Assembly: GCA_030650275.1 (NCBI GenBank)
Contig: JAUSEK010000005.1
Span: 39,307-103,306, forward strand
Reading direction: 5' to 3'
From: Candidatus Omnitrophota bacterium
Lineage (GTDB): Bacteria; Omnitrophota; Gorgyraeia; Zapsychrales; Fredricksoniimonadaceae
DNA: 64,000 bases
How positions within the stretch are numbered: position 1 is the first letter of the stretch; each line of letters opens with the position of its first letter. The notes beneath the pieces are model-generated. The model worked only from the letters and a program-made list of their open reading frames with translations, was not told where the DNA came from and made no database searches. The position numbers were made by a program, and so were the translations under genes. Positions 44,580 through 56,344 of this stretch are shown here, piece by piece.

Positions 44580-46426
44580 TACTTAATGATCCCGTTCTCC
44601 AGCCACGCGAATTCTTTGGCCAGGATCTTTTTGGCGGTTTTCAATTGGCCTTTGTCGCTGTTGGAGACGGTGTCCTGAAATAATATCTGGACACGCCGGC
44701 GCGCGTCATTGCAGAAATCGTCCGCCAGGTCAACGGCATTGTCCTGTCCTTTTTTCTTGAGCATCGCCGCGTAGGAACACACGGCGGCGATGGCGAAGAG
44801 TTCCGTGCCGATCTCCACGATGCGATTGAGAATGCTTTGCTTGCTTTCCAGTTTTTGCTGGTATTTCATGATCTGGTGGAATGTTTGGCGGGCCAGGCGT
44901 TTGGACGCGCTTTGGACATAGGCCATGTGACCGCTCAAAGGTCCGGGCAAGGGGCCGACACTTTTGAGCGGCGGCAGCCACATTTTGGGATACCACCACG
45001 CGTAAAACACGAACATCTTTGCCGCGGCCGCCAATTTGGCGGGCAGAGGCGTTTTGCCGCTTAAGAGCGGTTTTATTTTGGACAAATGCGGGTCCAGGGC
45101 TTCGCGGGCGATGAACAGATGCATGATCTCGCTGGTCCCTTCAATGATGCGGTTGATGCGCGCGTCGCGCAGCACCCGTTCAACAGGCCAGAAATCCGCG
45201 CCGCGTTTAGCCAGGGATGAAGATGTTTCATAGCCGGATCCGCCGCGGATCTGCAGGGTCTCATCCACAATTTTCCAGGACACCTCGGTGCAAAAGTATT
45301 TAGCAAGGGCCGCTTCCAGGCGTATTTCGCGTTTGGGGTCGTCGGCCATGGCCGAGGTCAGCCATGTCACGGCGTCCATGGCAAAGGTGTGGCTGGCGAT
45401 ATAACTCAATTTCAGCGCGATGGATTCGTGCTCGCCGATGGCGCTGCCCCATTGATGACGCTTGAAGGACCATTCGCGGGCCACGTTCAAACACCATTTG
45501 CCGATCCCTGTTGAGGCGGCCGGCAGGGTCAGGCGGCCGATGTTCAGGGTCATGAGGGCCAATTTCAGCCCCTCCCCTTCGCCCAGGACGATGTTCTCGC
45601 GGGGGACCTTGACATTGGTGAAACGCAAAAGCCCGTTTTGTATGCCGTGCAGGCCCATGAAATGACAGCGGTGGAGAACTTCAAAGCCGGACGTGTTGGT
45701 CTCCACAATGAACGCCGTGATCTGCTTGACCTCTTTGCCTTTGATGACCTTGGGCGGCGTGACAGCCATGACGATGAGAACGTCGGCAATGGTGCCGTTG
45801 GTGCACCATAATTTTTCGCCGTTGAGAAGGAAATGTTTCCCGTCTTCCGTCGGTGTCGCGGTGGTGGTCATCTGGCGCGGGTCGGAACCGACGGATGGTT
45901 CGGTCAAAGCAAAAGCCGACACAGCGCCTTTGGCGAAGGTGGGCAGGTATTTTTTCTTTTGTTCGGGGGTACCGAAAAATTTGAGCGGCTGGGGCACGCC
46001 GATGCTTTGATGGGCGGACAAAAGCACGGCCGTTGAACCGCAATAACTGGAAACCAGATGCATGGCGCGGTTGTAATTGTATTGGGTGAAGCCGAGCCCA
46101 TCGTATTCTTTGGGAATTTTGATGGCGAAGGCCTTCAGGTTTGCCAGTCCCTGCATGACCTTGTCGGGAATGGTATAGGTGCGGTCCACTTCATCAGGAT
46201 CAAGGTTTTCGCGCAGGAATTTTTCAAGTTTGGCCACATACTCGTCCCCTGTCTTTTTATCTTCAGCGGACTGTTCCGGGAACGGGTGGATGAGCGGGAA
46301 ATCGACGGAGCCGTGGAAGATCTTGAGCGCGAAACTGGGACTTTTCCATTCCTGTTCGCGGGCGGCCTCGGCAAATTCAAGGGATTTGAGTTTTTCCTGG
46401 CTGATATTTTTATCAAACATGCCCAT
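44579..46426 (-). CDS. Acyl-CoA dehydrogenase (ACAD9/VLCAD-like)
   Basis: AHQSIG, FALTEP..GSD, NGEKLWCTNG, RDARINRIIEGTSEI. Confidence 0.93.
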   Translation of the reverse strand: MGMFDKNISQEKLKSLEFAEAAREQEWKSPSFALKIFHGSVDFPLIHPFPEQSAEDKKTGDEYVAKLEKFLRENLDPDEVDRTYTIPDKVMQGLANLKAFAIKIPKEYDGLGFTQYNYNRAMHLVSSYCGSTAVLLSAHQSIGVPQPLKFFGTPEQKKKYLPTFAKGAVSAFALTEPSVGSDPRQMTTTATPTEDGKHFLLNGEKLWCTNGTIADVLIVMAVTPPKVIKGKEVKQITAFIVETNTSGFEVLHRCHFMGLHGIQNGLLRFTNVKVPRENIVLGEGEGLKLALMTLNIGRLTLPAASTGIGKWCLNVAREWSFKRHQWGSAIGEHESIALKLSYIASHTFAMDAVTWLTSAMADDPKREIRLEAALAKYFCTEVSWKIVDETLQIRGGSGYETSSSLAKRGADFWPVERVLRDARINRIIEGTSEIMHLFIAREALDPHLSKIKPLLSGKTPLPAKLAAAAKMFVFYAWWYPKMWLPPLKSVGPLPGPLSGHMAYVQSASKRLARQTFHQIMKYQQKLESKQSILNRIVEIGTELFAIAAVCSYAAMLKKKGQDNAVDLADDFCNDARRRVQILFQDTVSNSDKGQLKTAKKILAKEFAWLENGIIK

Positions 46427-46477
46427 TGCTTTAGTATAGATATCGGGCAGGCAAAAAGCAATGATTTGGTGGGAATT

Positions 46478-46762
46478 CTAGCAGATATATTTGTCGGCCA
46501 GGGCCGGAACGTCTTCCAGGCGCACGCCGCTGTGCCAGATATTGTCCGGATAGATCATGATATTGACGCCTTTGGCGCATTGGCCGAGGCATTTGGCCTG
46601 GGCCACGCGGACCATGGGATGCAGTTTGCGTTGTTTGGCGATCTCACGCAACCGGCGGAATACCTCCTGCCCATTATGGTCCCCACAGCTGGCTTTTTCA
46701 CCGTTGGCATTGTTGATGCAGACAAAGATCTGTTTTTTATACGGGGTACTTTGTGTTTCCAT
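46478..46762 (-). CDS. Thioredoxin-like 2Fe-2S ferredoxin
   Basis: IFVC...SC...CLGQC..G....YPD..W. Confidence 0.85.
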   Translation of the reverse strand: METQSTPYKKQIFVCINNANGEKASCGDHNGQEVFRRLREIAKQRKLHPMVRVAQAKCLGQCAKGVNIMIYPDNIWHSGVRLEDVPALADKYIC

Positions 46763-47597
46763 AGATCATTCTCCTGTAAAAATAGTTATAAACCGGCGGC
46801 GGTAAATTTTTGCGGACCATCATCTCAAACCAGGACAAGGGATCAGAAACATAACGCAATTTCGGGTCGGCCGTGGCGATGATGCGCTCGATCAGCCGGG
46901 CTACTTGCTCGGGGTCGCGGATGCTTTGATTGATATGGCGGTTGATGGAATTCTTAATGCCCTGGCTTAAAGGATAATACGGGCTTTGGGGATCATCAAA
47001 ATTTTTGGCATAGCGCGCGTTGTCGCCAAAGATCTTTGTCGGATAAGAGCCCGGCTCCACGATGACGACCTTGACCCCGAAGGGCCTGATCTCATGATAC
47101 AGGCCTTCTGAAAAGGCCTCCAGGGCCCATTTGCTGGCGCTGTAGGCCCCCAGCGACGGGGTGGCGCTCTGTCCGGCCACGCTGGAGATATTGATGATCA
47201 TCCCCTGCCGGCGTTCGCGCATGGAAGGCAGCACTGCCCGTGTCACATTTTGCGCGCCGAAAAAATTGACTTCCATCTGTTGGCGGATCTCTTCCTGGGA
47301 GGTGTCTTCAAAAAATCCGCCCAGGCCTTGTCCGGCATTATTGATCAGAACGTCAATGTGTCCGTGTTTTTGAAGGATCTCGGCAATGACCGGCTGGATG
47401 GTCTGGGGCCTGGTGACGTCCAAAGCGCGGATCTGCACATGCCCGGCGCGTTTGGCAACTTCATCCGACAAGGACTGGCGTTTGTTGAGATCGCGCATGG
47501 TGGCATAGACGATGTGTCCCGCGCCGCCCAAACGCGCGGACGTCAAAAGGCCGAAACCGCTCGATGTTCCAGTGATGAGAATAACTTTGGAAGACAT
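46737..47597 (-). CDS. Short-chain dehydrogenase/reductase
   Basis: TGTSSGFG, NNAG, YSASK. Confidence 0.93.
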   Translation of the reverse strand: MSSKVILITGTSSGFGLLTSARLGGAGHIVYATMRDLNKRQSLSDEVAKRAGHVQIRALDVTRPQTIQPVIAEILQKHGHIDVLINNAGQGLGGFFEDTSQEEIRQQMEVNFFGAQNVTRAVLPSMRERRQGMIINISSVAGQSATPSLGAYSASKWALEAFSEGLYHEIRPFGVKVVIVEPGSYPTKIFGDNARYAKNFDDPQSPYYPLSQGIKNSINRHINQSIRDPEQVARLIERIIATADPKLRYVSDPLSWFEMMVRKNLPPPVYNYFYRRMIYGNTKYPV

Positions 47598-47599
47598 TA

Positions 47600-47672
47600 T
47601 AGGGGACATGCACCGTAACCCTAATTACGGCGGAATATGTGTGTTAATTGGGGTTACGGTTCGTGTCCCCTA
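47600..47672. repeat. GGGACA-type inverted repeat overlapping the aroC 3' end
   Basis: TAGGGGACATGCACCGTAACCCTAATTA / TAATTGGGGTTACGGTTCGTGTCCCCTA. Confidence 0.85.
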
Positions 47673-48732
47673 GGGTGGCTTTCTGGAGCATTAATGCGTC
47701 GATGATGGTCAAAGCGACCATGGCTTCTGCCACGGGAACAACGCGCGGGCACAGGCAGGGATCGTGGCGGCCTTTGACCTGAATTTCCGTTTCTTCAAGG
47801 TTTTTGGTCACGGACTTTTGGACCTTGGCAATGGACGACGGCGGTTTAAGCGCCATGCGAAGCACAATGTCCTGGCCTGAAGAAATACCGCCGTTGATGC
47901 CGCCGGCATGATTGGTGGCTGTCGCAATCTTCCCGCCTTTGGCGATAAAAACATCGTTATTCTGTGAGCCCAACATTTGAGCGGTTTTGAACCCGGCGCC
48001 GAATTCAACGCCCTTGACGGTGGCGATGGAAAATAAAGCGGCGCCCAAACGCGCGTTGAGTTTATCAAAACAAGGGTCGCCTAATCCCGGCGGGCATCCT
48101 TTGATCAGGACTTCCACGATCCCGCCGATGGAGTCGCCGTTTTTACGCACTTCTTCAATGCGGGCGATCATTTTTTCCGCCTGCGCCATGTCCGGCGCGC
48201 GGACCAAATTCTTTTCAATGACGCCAAGGTCAATGGTTTTGGCGTAAATGTCGCCGACCGCCAGCGTGTAGGCCGTGATGCTGACCTTGTGACGGGCCAG
48301 GATCTTTTTGGCGACCGCGCCGGCCGCGACACGGCAGGCGGTTTCCCGTCCCGAGGAACGCCCTCCCCCGCGGTAATCACGGAAACCGAATTTGGCTTCG
48401 TATGTAAAATCTGCGTGACCCGGGCGGAACGCGTCCTTGATATTGGCATAATCCTTGGAACGCGCGTCCTCATTGCGGATGAGGAGGGCCAGAGGCGCGC
48501 CTGTGGTCTTGCCTTCAAAGACACCGGAGAGAATTTCAACAATGTCATTTTCTTTGCGTTGGGTCGTGATCTTGCTCTGGCCGGGTTTGCGGCGGTCAAG
48601 GTCGGGCTGAATGTCGGATTCGGACAAAGGCAGCTGCGGCGGTACGCCGTCAATGACCACACCGATGGCGGGCCCGTGGCTTTCGCCGAATGTCGTTACA
48701 CGAAATAATTTTCCAAACGTGTTTCCAGCCAT
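47644..48732 (-). CDS. aroC: Chorismate synthase
   Basis: FGESHG, RPGHAD, GGGRSSGRET, GRHDPC. Confidence 0.97.
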   Translation of the reverse strand: MAGNTFGKLFRVTTFGESHGPAIGVVIDGVPPQLPLSESDIQPDLDRRKPGQSKITTQRKENDIVEILSGVFEGKTTGAPLALLIRNEDARSKDYANIKDAFRPGHADFTYEAKFGFRDYRGGGRSSGRETACRVAAGAVAKKILARHKVSITAYTLAVGDIYAKTIDLGVIEKNLVRAPDMAQAEKMIARIEEVRKNGDSIGGIVEVLIKGCPPGLGDPCFDKLNARLGAALFSIATVKGVEFGAGFKTAQMLGSQNNDVFIAKGGKIATATNHAGGINGGISSGQDIVLRMALKPPSSIAKVQKSVTKNLEETEIQVKGRHDPCLCPRVVPVAEAMVALTIIDALMLQKATLGDTNRNPN

Positions 48733-48740
48733 ATTATTAG

Positions 48741-48811
48741 GAATTATAGGGACACAATACTTAATTCAACCATAACTAACGCAGGAATTAAGTATTGTGT
48801 CCCTATAATTC
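48741..48811. repeat. Perfect 27-bp inverted repeat (GGGACA-type), 17-nt spacer
   Basis: GAATTATAGGGACACAATACTTAATTC / GAATTAAGTATTGTGTCCCTATAATTC. Confidence 0.92.
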
Positions 48812-50483
48812 AATCAGTGACTGCTCCTAATGATGCACTACTGACGTCTCTGGCGTATTTGGCCAGGACCCCGCGGGTATAGCGCGGTTTTGGTTGTTTC
48901 CAGGCCTTTAAACGTTTCTTGATCTCTGCCGCTGTCAGGCCAAGGTTGATCTCCTGCTTTTGGGCGCTTATAGTTATTGTATCACCATTTCGCACGATTG
49001 CCAACGGCCCGCCGGTATAGGCCTCCGGTGTGATATGTCCCACCACGAACCCGTGGCTTCCCCCGGAAAAACGTCCGTCGGTGATGAGCGCGACATCCTT
49101 ACCCAAACCGCGTCCTGAAATGGCGGATGTGGGCGAAAGCATTTCGCGCATGCCGGGCCCGCCCTTGGGTCCTTCATAACGGATGACAATGACGTCGCCT
49201 TTTTTAACAGTCCCGTCCAATATTTTCTTGAGGGCGGTCTCTTCGGATTCAAACACGCGCGCTTTGCCGGTGAAGGACGTCCCTTCCTTGCCGCTGATCT
49301 TGGCCACGGCACCCTGCGGCGCCAGGTTCCCGTAAAGGATGACCAGATGGCTTTCCTTTTTAATGGGATGGTCAAATGGACGGATGATCTCCTGCCCCGC
49401 CGGGTAGGGTTGGACATTTTTAAGGTTTTCCGCCACGGTCTTGCCGCTGACGGTCATGCACTCGCCGTGCAAAAGCCCCTTGTCCAAAAGCATTTTCATC
49501 AAAGGCACGATGCCGCCGATGGCGACCAGTTCCGCCATGACAAAACGGCCGCTGGGTTTTAAGTCCGCCAGCACCGGCACTTTTTTACCCACACGGGTGA
49601 AATCATCAATGGTCAATTTGACCCCGGCGGTGTCGGCCATGGCCAACAAATGCAGGATGGAATTGGTGGAGCCGCCCAAAGCGATCACAACGGTGATGGC
49701 GTTCTCAAATGCTTTTTTGGTCATGATGTCGCGGGGACGTATGTTTTTTTCCAGCAGGTCCAGCACCGCCGCACCCGCGCGGCGGCAGTCATCCTCTTTT
49801 TCTTTGGAGATCGCCGCTTGCGCGGAACTGTTGGGCAAACTCATGCCCAGCGCTTCAATGGCGGAAGCCATGGTGTTGGCCGTATACATCCCTCCGCAGG
49901 AACCCGGCCCGGGAATGGCGCAGGACTCTACACCTTTTAATTCTTCATCGGAAATTTTGTGCGCGGCATGCTGGCCCACGGCTTCAAAGACCGAAACGAT
50001 ATCAGCATTTTTTCCTTTGTAACAGCCGGGCAGGATCGTGCCGCCGTAGACGAACACCGACGGACGGTTGAGGCGCGCCATGGCCATGACGCATCCGGGC
50101 ATGTTCTTGTCACAGCCGCCGACGGCCACCAGCCCGTCAAAACCCTCGCATCCCATCACGGTTTCCACGGAATCGGCGATCACTTCCCGCGAGACCAGCG
50201 AATACTTCATCCCTTCGCTGCCCATGGAGATCCCGTCGGAGATCGTAATGGTGTTAAAGATCACCGCCTTGCCGCCGGCCGCGTTGGCGCCCTGGGCGGC
50301 CTTGTCCGCCAGCACATTGATGTGCATGTTGCACGGGGTCACCATGGACCACGTGGACGCGATGCCGATCTGGGGCTTCTTGAAATCCTCATCCTTAAAT
50401 CCGACGGCGCGCAGCATCGCGCGGCTGGGCGCGCGGTCATCACCGTCGGTGACAATGCTGGAAAATTTACGAATATTTGACAT
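48810..50483 (-). CDS. ilvD: Dihydroxy-acid dehydratase
   Basis: [32 protein letters not shown]. Confidence 0.97.
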   Translation of the reverse strand: MSNIRKFSSIVTDGDDRAPSRAMLRAVGFKDEDFKKPQIGIASTWSMVTPCNMHINVLADKAAQGANAAGGKAVIFNTITISDGISMGSEGMKYSLVSREVIADSVETVMGCEGFDGLVAVGGCDKNMPGCVMAMARLNRPSVFVYGGTILPGCYKGKNADIVSVFEAVGQHAAHKISDEELKGVESCAIPGPGSCGGMYTANTMASAIEALGMSLPNSSAQAAISKEKEDDCRRAGAAVLDLLEKNIRPRDIMTKKAFENAITVVIALGGSTNSILHLLAMADTAGVKLTIDDFTRVGKKVPVLADLKPSGRFVMAELVAIGGIVPLMKMLLDKGLLHGECMTVSGKTVAENLKNVQPYPAGQEIIRPFDHPIKKESHLVILYGNLAPQGAVAKISGKEGTSFTGKARVFESEETALKKILDGTVKKGDVIVIRYEGPKGGPGMREMLSPTSAISGRGLGKDVALITDGRFSGGSHGFVVGHITPEAYTGGPLAIVRNGDTITISAQKQEINLGLTAAEIKKRLKAWKQPKPRYTRGVLAKYARDVSSASLGAVTD

Positions 50484-50498
50484 ATTGCCTCATTGTCG

Positions 50499-51116
50499 CT
50501 ATTTACGGGTTAACCACGGCCTCTGATTTTTTATCTTTTCCTCATAAGCGCTGATGCGCTCGCTAAACTGTATGGTCCAGCCGATGCTGTCCAGACCCTT
50601 GAGCAGGCATTCCTTGGCAAAAGCATTGATGGAAAAAGAATATTTCTTTGTTCCCGCGATGATGGTTTGAGCCGGCAGGTCTGCCGTGATCTTCGCATCC
50701 GGTGTGGACTTGATATAGACAAAAATTTCATCCACTTCTTTGGACTTCAAGGCCGCCGGCAAAATGCCGTTCTTGATGCAATTGTTGTAAAAAATGTCGG
50801 CGAAACTCGGCGCGACGATGACTTTAAAACCGAAATCCCCCAGGGCCCACGGCGCGTGTTCACGGCTGGATCCGCATCCGAAGTTGTCCCTCGCTGCCAA
50901 AACCGTGGCTTTGCGGTAACGCGGCTGGTTGAGGACAAAATCGGGGTTTTCCCTGGTCCCCTCGTAGTCCAGATAGCGCCATTCGTGGAACAGATGTTTG
51001 CCGAAACCCGTCCGTTCTATCTTCCTTAAGAATTGTTTGGGCACGATCGCGTCGGTGTCCACGTTGACCCGGTCCAATGGTGCGGCGATCCCTGTATGTG
51101 TCATGAAGGACTGCAT
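50499..51116 (-). CDS. leuD: 3-isopropylmalate dehydratase small subunit
   Basis: NVDTDAI.PKQFL, NFGCGSSREHAPW. Confidence 0.97.
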   Translation of the reverse strand: MQSFMTHTGIAAPLDRVNVDTDAIVPKQFLRKIERTGFGKHLFHEWRYLDYEGTRENPDFVLNQPRYRKATVLAARDNFGCGSSREHAPWALGDFGFKVIVAPSFADIFYNNCIKNGILPAALKSKEVDEIFVYIKSTPDAKITADLPAQTIIAGTKKYSFSINAFAKECLLKGLDSIGWTIQFSERISAYEEKIKNQRPWLTRK

Positions 51117-51117
51117 A

Positions 51118-52518
51118 TTATTTGAATGTGCGGATATCCGTAATTTTTCCGGTGATGGCGGCCACGGCAGCCATTTGGGGGCTCATCAAATGCGTGCGCC
51201 CGCCGGGACCCTGGCGCCCCTCAAAATTGCGATTGCTGGAAGAAGCGCAGCGTTCCCCTTTTTTCAACTGGTCGTCGTTCATCCCCAGACACATGGAACA
51301 GCCCGCGAAACGCCATTCAAAACCGGCGCCGGTGAATATCCTGTCCAAGCCCTCTTTTTCCGCCTGACGGCGCACGCGTCCGGAACCGGGCACAACAATG
51401 GCCTGCACACCCGGTGCCACGTGTTTACCGATGACCATCTGGGCGGCGGCCCGCAGGTCTTCCATGCGTCCGTTGGTGCAGGAACCGATAAAAACCTTGT
51501 CAATAGCGATACCCTTGATTTTGGTGCCGGGTTTCAGGTCCATATAAGCCAAAGCATTGCGGGCCGCGGCGCGGTCCACCGGGTCGGTGAATTCTTCAGG
51601 GTCCGGCACCTGGCCGTCAATGGAGGTCACCTGCCCCGGGCTTGTGCCCCATGTCACTTGCGGGGCGATGTCTTTGGCTTTGATGTTAAGGGTCTTATCA
51701 AATTTTGCGTCCGCGTCGCTGGGTAATGTTTTCCAGTAGGCCACGGCCTTGTCCCAATCCCCGCCTTTGGGGACGAAATCGCGGCCTTTCATGTAATTGA
51801 ATGTCACGTCATCGGGGGCCATCATCCCGGCGCGCGCTCCGGCCTCAATGCTCATATTGCAAATGGTCATGCGGCCTTCCATGGACAAGGAACGGAGGAC
51901 GCTTCCCGCGTATTCAATAACATACCCGGTGGCGCCGGCCGTGCCGATCCGGCCGATGATATACAAAATAATGTCCTTAGACGTTACTTTAGGGGCCAAT
52001 TTTCCGTCAATATTAATGAGCATGGTTTTGGCTTTATCTTGCTGTAACGTCTGGGTGGCCAGGACATGCTCCACTTCGGACGTGCCGATGCCAAAAGCCA
52101 GGGTGCCGAAAGCGCCGTGGGTGGAAGTATGCGAATCGCCGCACACGATGGTCATGCCCGGCAAGGTCAGCCCCTGTTCAGGGCCGATGATGTGCACGAT
52201 GCCCTGGTCCTCACTGGCAAAATCGTATAATTTGATGCCGAAATCTTGGCAATTTTTAGATAAGGTGTCCATTTGAGTGCGCGAGGTGGCCTCCACCTTG
52301 GTGATGTCCTTGGTGCGCGTGGACACATTGTGGTCCATGGTCGCAAAGGTTTTTTGCGGCACGCGCACGGTACGTTTGGTCTCACGCAAAGCGGTAAAGG
52401 CCTGGGGCGATGTCACTTCGTGGACCAGGTGCAGGTCCACGTAAATGAGCGACGTGTCTCCCTGGGACCCGCGGACCAAATGGTCGTCCCAGATCTTTTC
52501 ATACATGGTTTTTCCCAT
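51118..52518 (-). CDS. leuC: 3-isopropylmalate dehydratase large subunit
   Basis: [34 protein letters not shown]. Confidence 0.97.
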   Translation of the reverse strand: MGKTMYEKIWDDHLVRGSQGDTSLIYVDLHLVHEVTSPQAFTALRETKRTVRVPQKTFATMDHNVSTRTKDITKVEATSRTQMDTLSKNCQDFGIKLYDFASEDQGIVHIIGPEQGLTLPGMTIVCGDSHTSTHGAFGTLAFGIGTSEVEHVLATQTLQQDKAKTMLINIDGKLAPKVTSKDIILYIIGRIGTAGATGYVIEYAGSVLRSLSMEGRMTICNMSIEAGARAGMMAPDDVTFNYMKGRDFVPKGGDWDKAVAYWKTLPSDADAKFDKTLNIKAKDIAPQVTWGTSPGQVTSIDGQVPDPEEFTDPVDRAAARNALAYMDLKPGTKIKGIAIDKVFIGSCTNGRMEDLRAAAQMVIGKHVAPGVQAIVVPGSGRVRRQAEKEGLDRIFTGAGFEWRFAGCSMCLGMNDDQLKKGERCASSSNRNFEGRQGPGGRTHLMSPQMAAVAAITGKITDIRTFK

Positions 52519-52583
52519 AAGAGCGACCATTATATCGGACGGCGGCTGTTCTGTCCAGCCAAGAAGGCAGCACCTGCCTTCTC

Positions 52584-53240
52584 CTATGTCATTTGGATGA
52601 GGGCTTGGACGAGTTTTTCAATGCCTTCGGCCAGTTGGGAGACGCGGGCTTTGAGCATGTAGCACGGGGTTGTCACGACCTTGTTTTTAGGGTCAATGAC
52701 AATGTTTGTGGCAGATGTATCCTGCGGTACAGCGCCCCATTGCCGGGCCGCGGCATTGACCTTGGCATCATTGCCGAAGGTCACGGAAACGCCTTTGAGC
52801 AGTTTGGCCAAAATGACCGGAGCGATGCACAGAGCGCCGATGGGTTTGTTCGCTTTGTGCATGGCCTGGACGGCGCGTTGGACGTCCGGGTTGACCGTCA
52901 TTTTTTCCCCGTCCACGGCAAAGGTGCACAGATTATACGCCACTCCGTTGCCGCCGGGCAGAACCAGGATGTCAAAATCGGTTTCTTTGAATGTGCTTAA
53001 GGGTTTGATGTCACTGCGGGCGATGCGGGCTGATTCCAGAAGAACATTGCGCGTTTCTTTCATCGGTTCATTGGTGAGAAAATTGGTGACGTGATGCTGA
53101 TTTGTGTCCGGGGCAAAGCACTGGTATTGCCCGCCCGAATGGTCAATGGCCAAAAGGGTCAGCACCGATTCGTGGATCTCGGCCCCGTCTTTGTTGCCGC
53201 ATCCGGCTAAAATGACGGCAAAACGCAATTGTCCCATCAC
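52584..53240 (-). CDS. elbB: ElbB/ES1 DJ-1-family glyoxalase
   Basis: [31 protein letters not shown]. Confidence 0.9.
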   Translation of the reverse strand: MMGQLRFAVILAGCGNKDGAEIHESVLTLLAIDHSGGQYQCFAPDTNQHHVTNFLTNEPMKETRNVLLESARIARSDIKPLSTFKETDFDILVLPGGNGVAYNLCTFAVDGEKMTVNPDVQRAVQAMHKANKPIGALCIAPVILAKLLKGVSVTFGNDAKVNAAARQWGAVPQDTSATNIVIDPKNKVVTTPCYMLKARVSQLAEGIEKLVQALIQMT

Positions 53241-53244
53241 AACC

Positions 53245-55944
53245 TCATTTGGCTAATTTGCGCAAGACAGTTTGTAAGATGCCGCCATTGCGGTAATAGT
53301 CCACTTCCACCAGGGTGTCAATGCGGCAGACGGCTTTGAATTCTTTTCGTCCGCCGTCGGGATGGGTGGCGATGACCGTGATGTCCTGGCGGGGTTTGAG
53401 ATCGTTGTTCAAACCGACAAATTCAAAGACCTCATCCCCTTTTAACCCGATCAACGCAGAGTTCTCTCCTGCCTTGAATTGCAAAGGCAGAACGCCCATG
53501 CCCACCAGATTACTACGGTGGATGCGTTCATAACTTTGGGCGATGACCGCTTTGACGCCTAAAAGCGTTGTGCCTTTGGCGGCCCAGTCGCGGCTGGAAC
53601 CGGCGCCGTATTCCTTGCCGGCCAAAACGACCAGCGGTGTGGAGCTTTTTTTATATTTCAAAGAGGCCTCGTAAATGAACATTTTTTCGCCCGTCGGCCA
53701 ATAGGTCGTCCACGGGCCTTCACTGCCGGGCGCGATGAGATTACGCAGGCGTATATTGCCGAACGTTCCCCGCGTCATCACGCGGTCATTGCCGCGGCGG
53801 GTCCCGTAACTGTTGAAATCCGCCGGCTGTATCCCCTCAGCCATCAGGTATTTTCCCGCCGGACTGTCCTTGGCAATGGACCCGGCCGGTGAAATATGGT
53901 CGGTGGTGATGGAATCCCCCACCATGACCAGACACCGCGCGCCCCGGATGGGCTGGAGCACATCCGGCGTTGCCTTCATTTTGATAAAATACGGCGGTTC
54001 CTGAATGTAGGTGCTTTGAGGGTCCCATGGGAAAAGGTCTGATCTTTTTAACTTGATGGCGTTCCAATCCTTATTGCCCTTGTCTACACTTTTATACCGT
54101 TGGCGGAATATTTTGGCTTTGACGAATTTGGACTCCAGACGGTGAATTTCCTCCTGCGCGGGCCAAATGTCTTTCAAATAAACCGGCTTGCCCTTTTTAT
54201 CCTGACCGATGGGTTCACGGGACAGGTCAATGTCCACGCGTCCGGCCAGAGCGTAAGCCACCACCAGCGGCGGGCTGGCCAGATAATTGGCCTTGGTGTA
54301 TGGATTGATCCGGCCTTCAAAATTACGGTTGCCGGACAGGACGCTGGCCGCGACCAGATCCCCCTCCTGAATGGCCTTGGCCACAGGTTCGGGCAAAGGC
54401 CCGCTGTTGCCGATGCAGGTCGTACAGCCATAGCCGACAATGTTAAACCCCAGTTTTTCCAAAGGCGCCATCAATCCCGCTTCTTTTAAATATTCTTCAA
54501 CCACCTGCGAGCCAGGGGCAAAACTTGTTTTGACATAGGATTTGCTGGTCAGTCCTTTTTCAACGGCTTTTTTGGCCAAAAGACCTGCGCCGATGAGCAC
54601 CGACGGGTTTGAAGTATTGGTGCAGCTGGTGATGGCCGCGATCACGACCGCGCCATGGCCGATGGTTGTGCCGACACCATTTTGGACAACAGCTGTATGG
54701 TTCAAGTCGTCTTGAGATAAACCATAACCGCGTTGTTTGACGTCAGCGGTCAATGAGGCCCGGAAGTTTGTTTTGACCTGTGTCAACGGCACGCGGTCCT
54801 GCGGACGCTTGGGGCCGGCCAGGCACGGTTCAACCGTGGACAGGTCTAATTCCAAAAGATCGCTGTATTGCGGCTGGGCCGACTTAGGATCGTAAAACAG
54901 CCCCTGCTCTTTGTAATAATGCTCCACCAGGTCCACCTCGGCGGCTGTTCTGCCGGAAAGGCGCAAATAATTCAATGTTTCCTCGTCCACCGGGAACAGG
55001 CCGATGGTGGCCCCGTATTCAGGGGACATGTTGGCAATGGTGGCACGGTCCGGCAAGGTCAAATGTTTTAACCCATCACCGAAGAATTCAACGAATTTGT
55101 CCACGACGCCTTTTTGACGCAGTATTTGCGTGACGGTGAGCACCAGGTCGGTCGCGGTCACCCCCTCTTTCAAACGCCCGGTCAATTTAAAACCTGTCAC
55201 TTCCGGTAAAAGCATATAAATGGGTTCGCCGAGCATCACAGCTTCCGCTTCTATACCGCCCACACCCCACCCCACAATGCCTAATCCGTTGATCATCGTC
55301 GTATGGGAATCGGTGCCGACTAAACTATCGGGATAAGCCGTCACGGTCTTTCCGGTCTTTTTTTTCAATACCCCTTTGGCCAGATATTCCAGATTGACCT
55401 GATGCACAATGCCTGTGGCCGGCGGGACCACGCGGAAATTCCGCAGGGCGCTTTGGCCCCATTTGAGGAATTCATACCGTTCTTTGTTGCGTTCAAATTC
55501 CAGTTTCACGTTTTGGCCCAACGCTTTTTGGGTGCCGAACGCGTCCACCTGCACGGAATGGTCAATGACCAGGTCGCATTGCACCTGCGGGTTGATCTTT
55601 TTGAAATCGCCCCCTAAGCGTTTCATGGCATCGCGCATGGCGGCCAGGTCCACCATACACGGAACACCGGTAAAATCCTGCAAAAGCACGCGGCCGGGCT
55701 TGAAAGCGATCTCATTTTTAGGCGTATTGGGCGTCCAATTCAGGATGGTCCTGATGTCTTTGAAGGTGACCTCATAACCGTCTTCATTGCGCAGAGCGCT
55801 TTCCAGCAGGATGCGGATGGAGAACGGCAGATGCGCGGGGTCTTTTAAGCCCGCCTTCGCCAGTTTGGGCAGGGCGAAGATCGTGTATTTTGATGATTGG
55901 ACGGACAGTATTTTCTGGACGGATCGTTTGTCAAATACGGACAT
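53245..55944 (-). CDS. acnA: Aconitate hydratase A
   Basis: [42 protein letters not shown]. Confidence 0.97.
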   Translation of the reverse strand: MSVFDKRSVQKILSVQSSKYTIFALPKLAKAGLKDPAHLPFSIRILLESALRNEDGYEVTFKDIRTILNWTPNTPKNEIAFKPGRVLLQDFTGVPCMVDLAAMRDAMKRLGGDFKKINPQVQCDLVIDHSVQVDAFGTQKALGQNVKLEFERNKERYEFLKWGQSALRNFRVVPPATGIVHQVNLEYLAKGVLKKKTGKTVTAYPDSLVGTDSHTTMINGLGIVGWGVGGIEAEAVMLGEPIYMLLPEVTGFKLTGRLKEGVTATDLVLTVTQILRQKGVVDKFVEFFGDGLKHLTLPDRATIANMSPEYGATIGLFPVDEETLNYLRLSGRTAAEVDLVEHYYKEQGLFYDPKSAQPQYSDLLELDLSTVEPCLAGPKRPQDRVPLTQVKTNFRASLTADVKQRGYGLSQDDLNHTAVVQNGVGTTIGHGAVVIAAITSCTNTSNPSVLIGAGLLAKKAVEKGLTSKSYVKTSFAPGSQVVEEYLKEAGLMAPLEKLGFNIVGYGCTTCIGNSGPLPEPVAKAIQEGDLVAASVLSGNRNFEGRINPYTKANYLASPPLVVAYALAGRVDIDLSREPIGQDKKGKPVYLKDIWPAQEEIHRLESKFVKAKIFRQRYKSVDKGNKDWNAIKLKRSDLFPWDPQSTYIQEPPYFIKMKATPDVLQPIRGARCLVMVGDSITTDHISPAGSIAKDSPAGKYLMAEGIQPADFNSYGTRRGNDRVMTRGTFGNIRLRNLIAPGSEGPWTTYWPTGEKMFIYEASLKYKKSSTPLVVLAGKEYGAGSSRDWAAKGTTLLGVKAVIAQSYERIHRSNLVGMGVLPLQFKAGENSALIGLKGDEVFEFVGLNNDLKPRQDITVIATHPDGGRKEFKAVCRIDTLVEVDYYRNGGILQTVLRKLAK

Positions 55945-55996
55945 AGTGATTCAATTATAGGTAATCCCCCCATGGCCGTCAATAAAGGATTGGCAT

Positions 55997-56025
55997 TTGA
56001 CACGCACAAATTGATATGTTAATTT
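55997..56025 (+). promoter_or_regulatory. Sigma70 promoter of the ferredoxin operon
   Basis: TTGACA-17 nt-TAATTT with TG extension. Confidence 0.6.
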
Positions 56026-56062
56026 AATGTTCAATATTGTCCCTAACCGGAGGAGATTTTCA

Positions 56063-56344
56063 ATGGCCCACATCGTCACTGAACCCTGTATCAAGTGCAA
56101 ATATACCGACTGCGTCACTGTCTGCCCGGTGGATTGTTTCCATGAAGACAAGGAAATGCTGGTCATTGACCCTGACGTGTGCATTGACTGCGGTGCCTGC
56201 ATCCCTGAATGCCCGGTGCAGGCCATTTATACCGATGCCGACATCCCTGAAAAATCCAAGAGTTACATAGAGCTGAACGCCAAAAGGTCCAAGGAACTCC
56301 CCGTCATCACCGAGAAGAAAACCCCTCTGGCACCGCCGAAGTAA
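56063..56344 (+). CDS. FdxA-type dicluster ferredoxin
   Basis: [29 protein letters not shown]; GGAG SD. Confidence 0.93.
   Translation: MAHIVTEPCIKCKYTDCVTVCPVDCFHEDKEMLVIDPDVCIDCGACIPECPVQAIYTDADIPEKSKSYIELNAKRSKELPVITEKKTPLAPPK

Noticed and set aside
52562-52582. Hairpin AGAAGGCAG-CAC-CTGCCTTCT as terminator
   Set aside because: No U-tract on either strand; function unsupported
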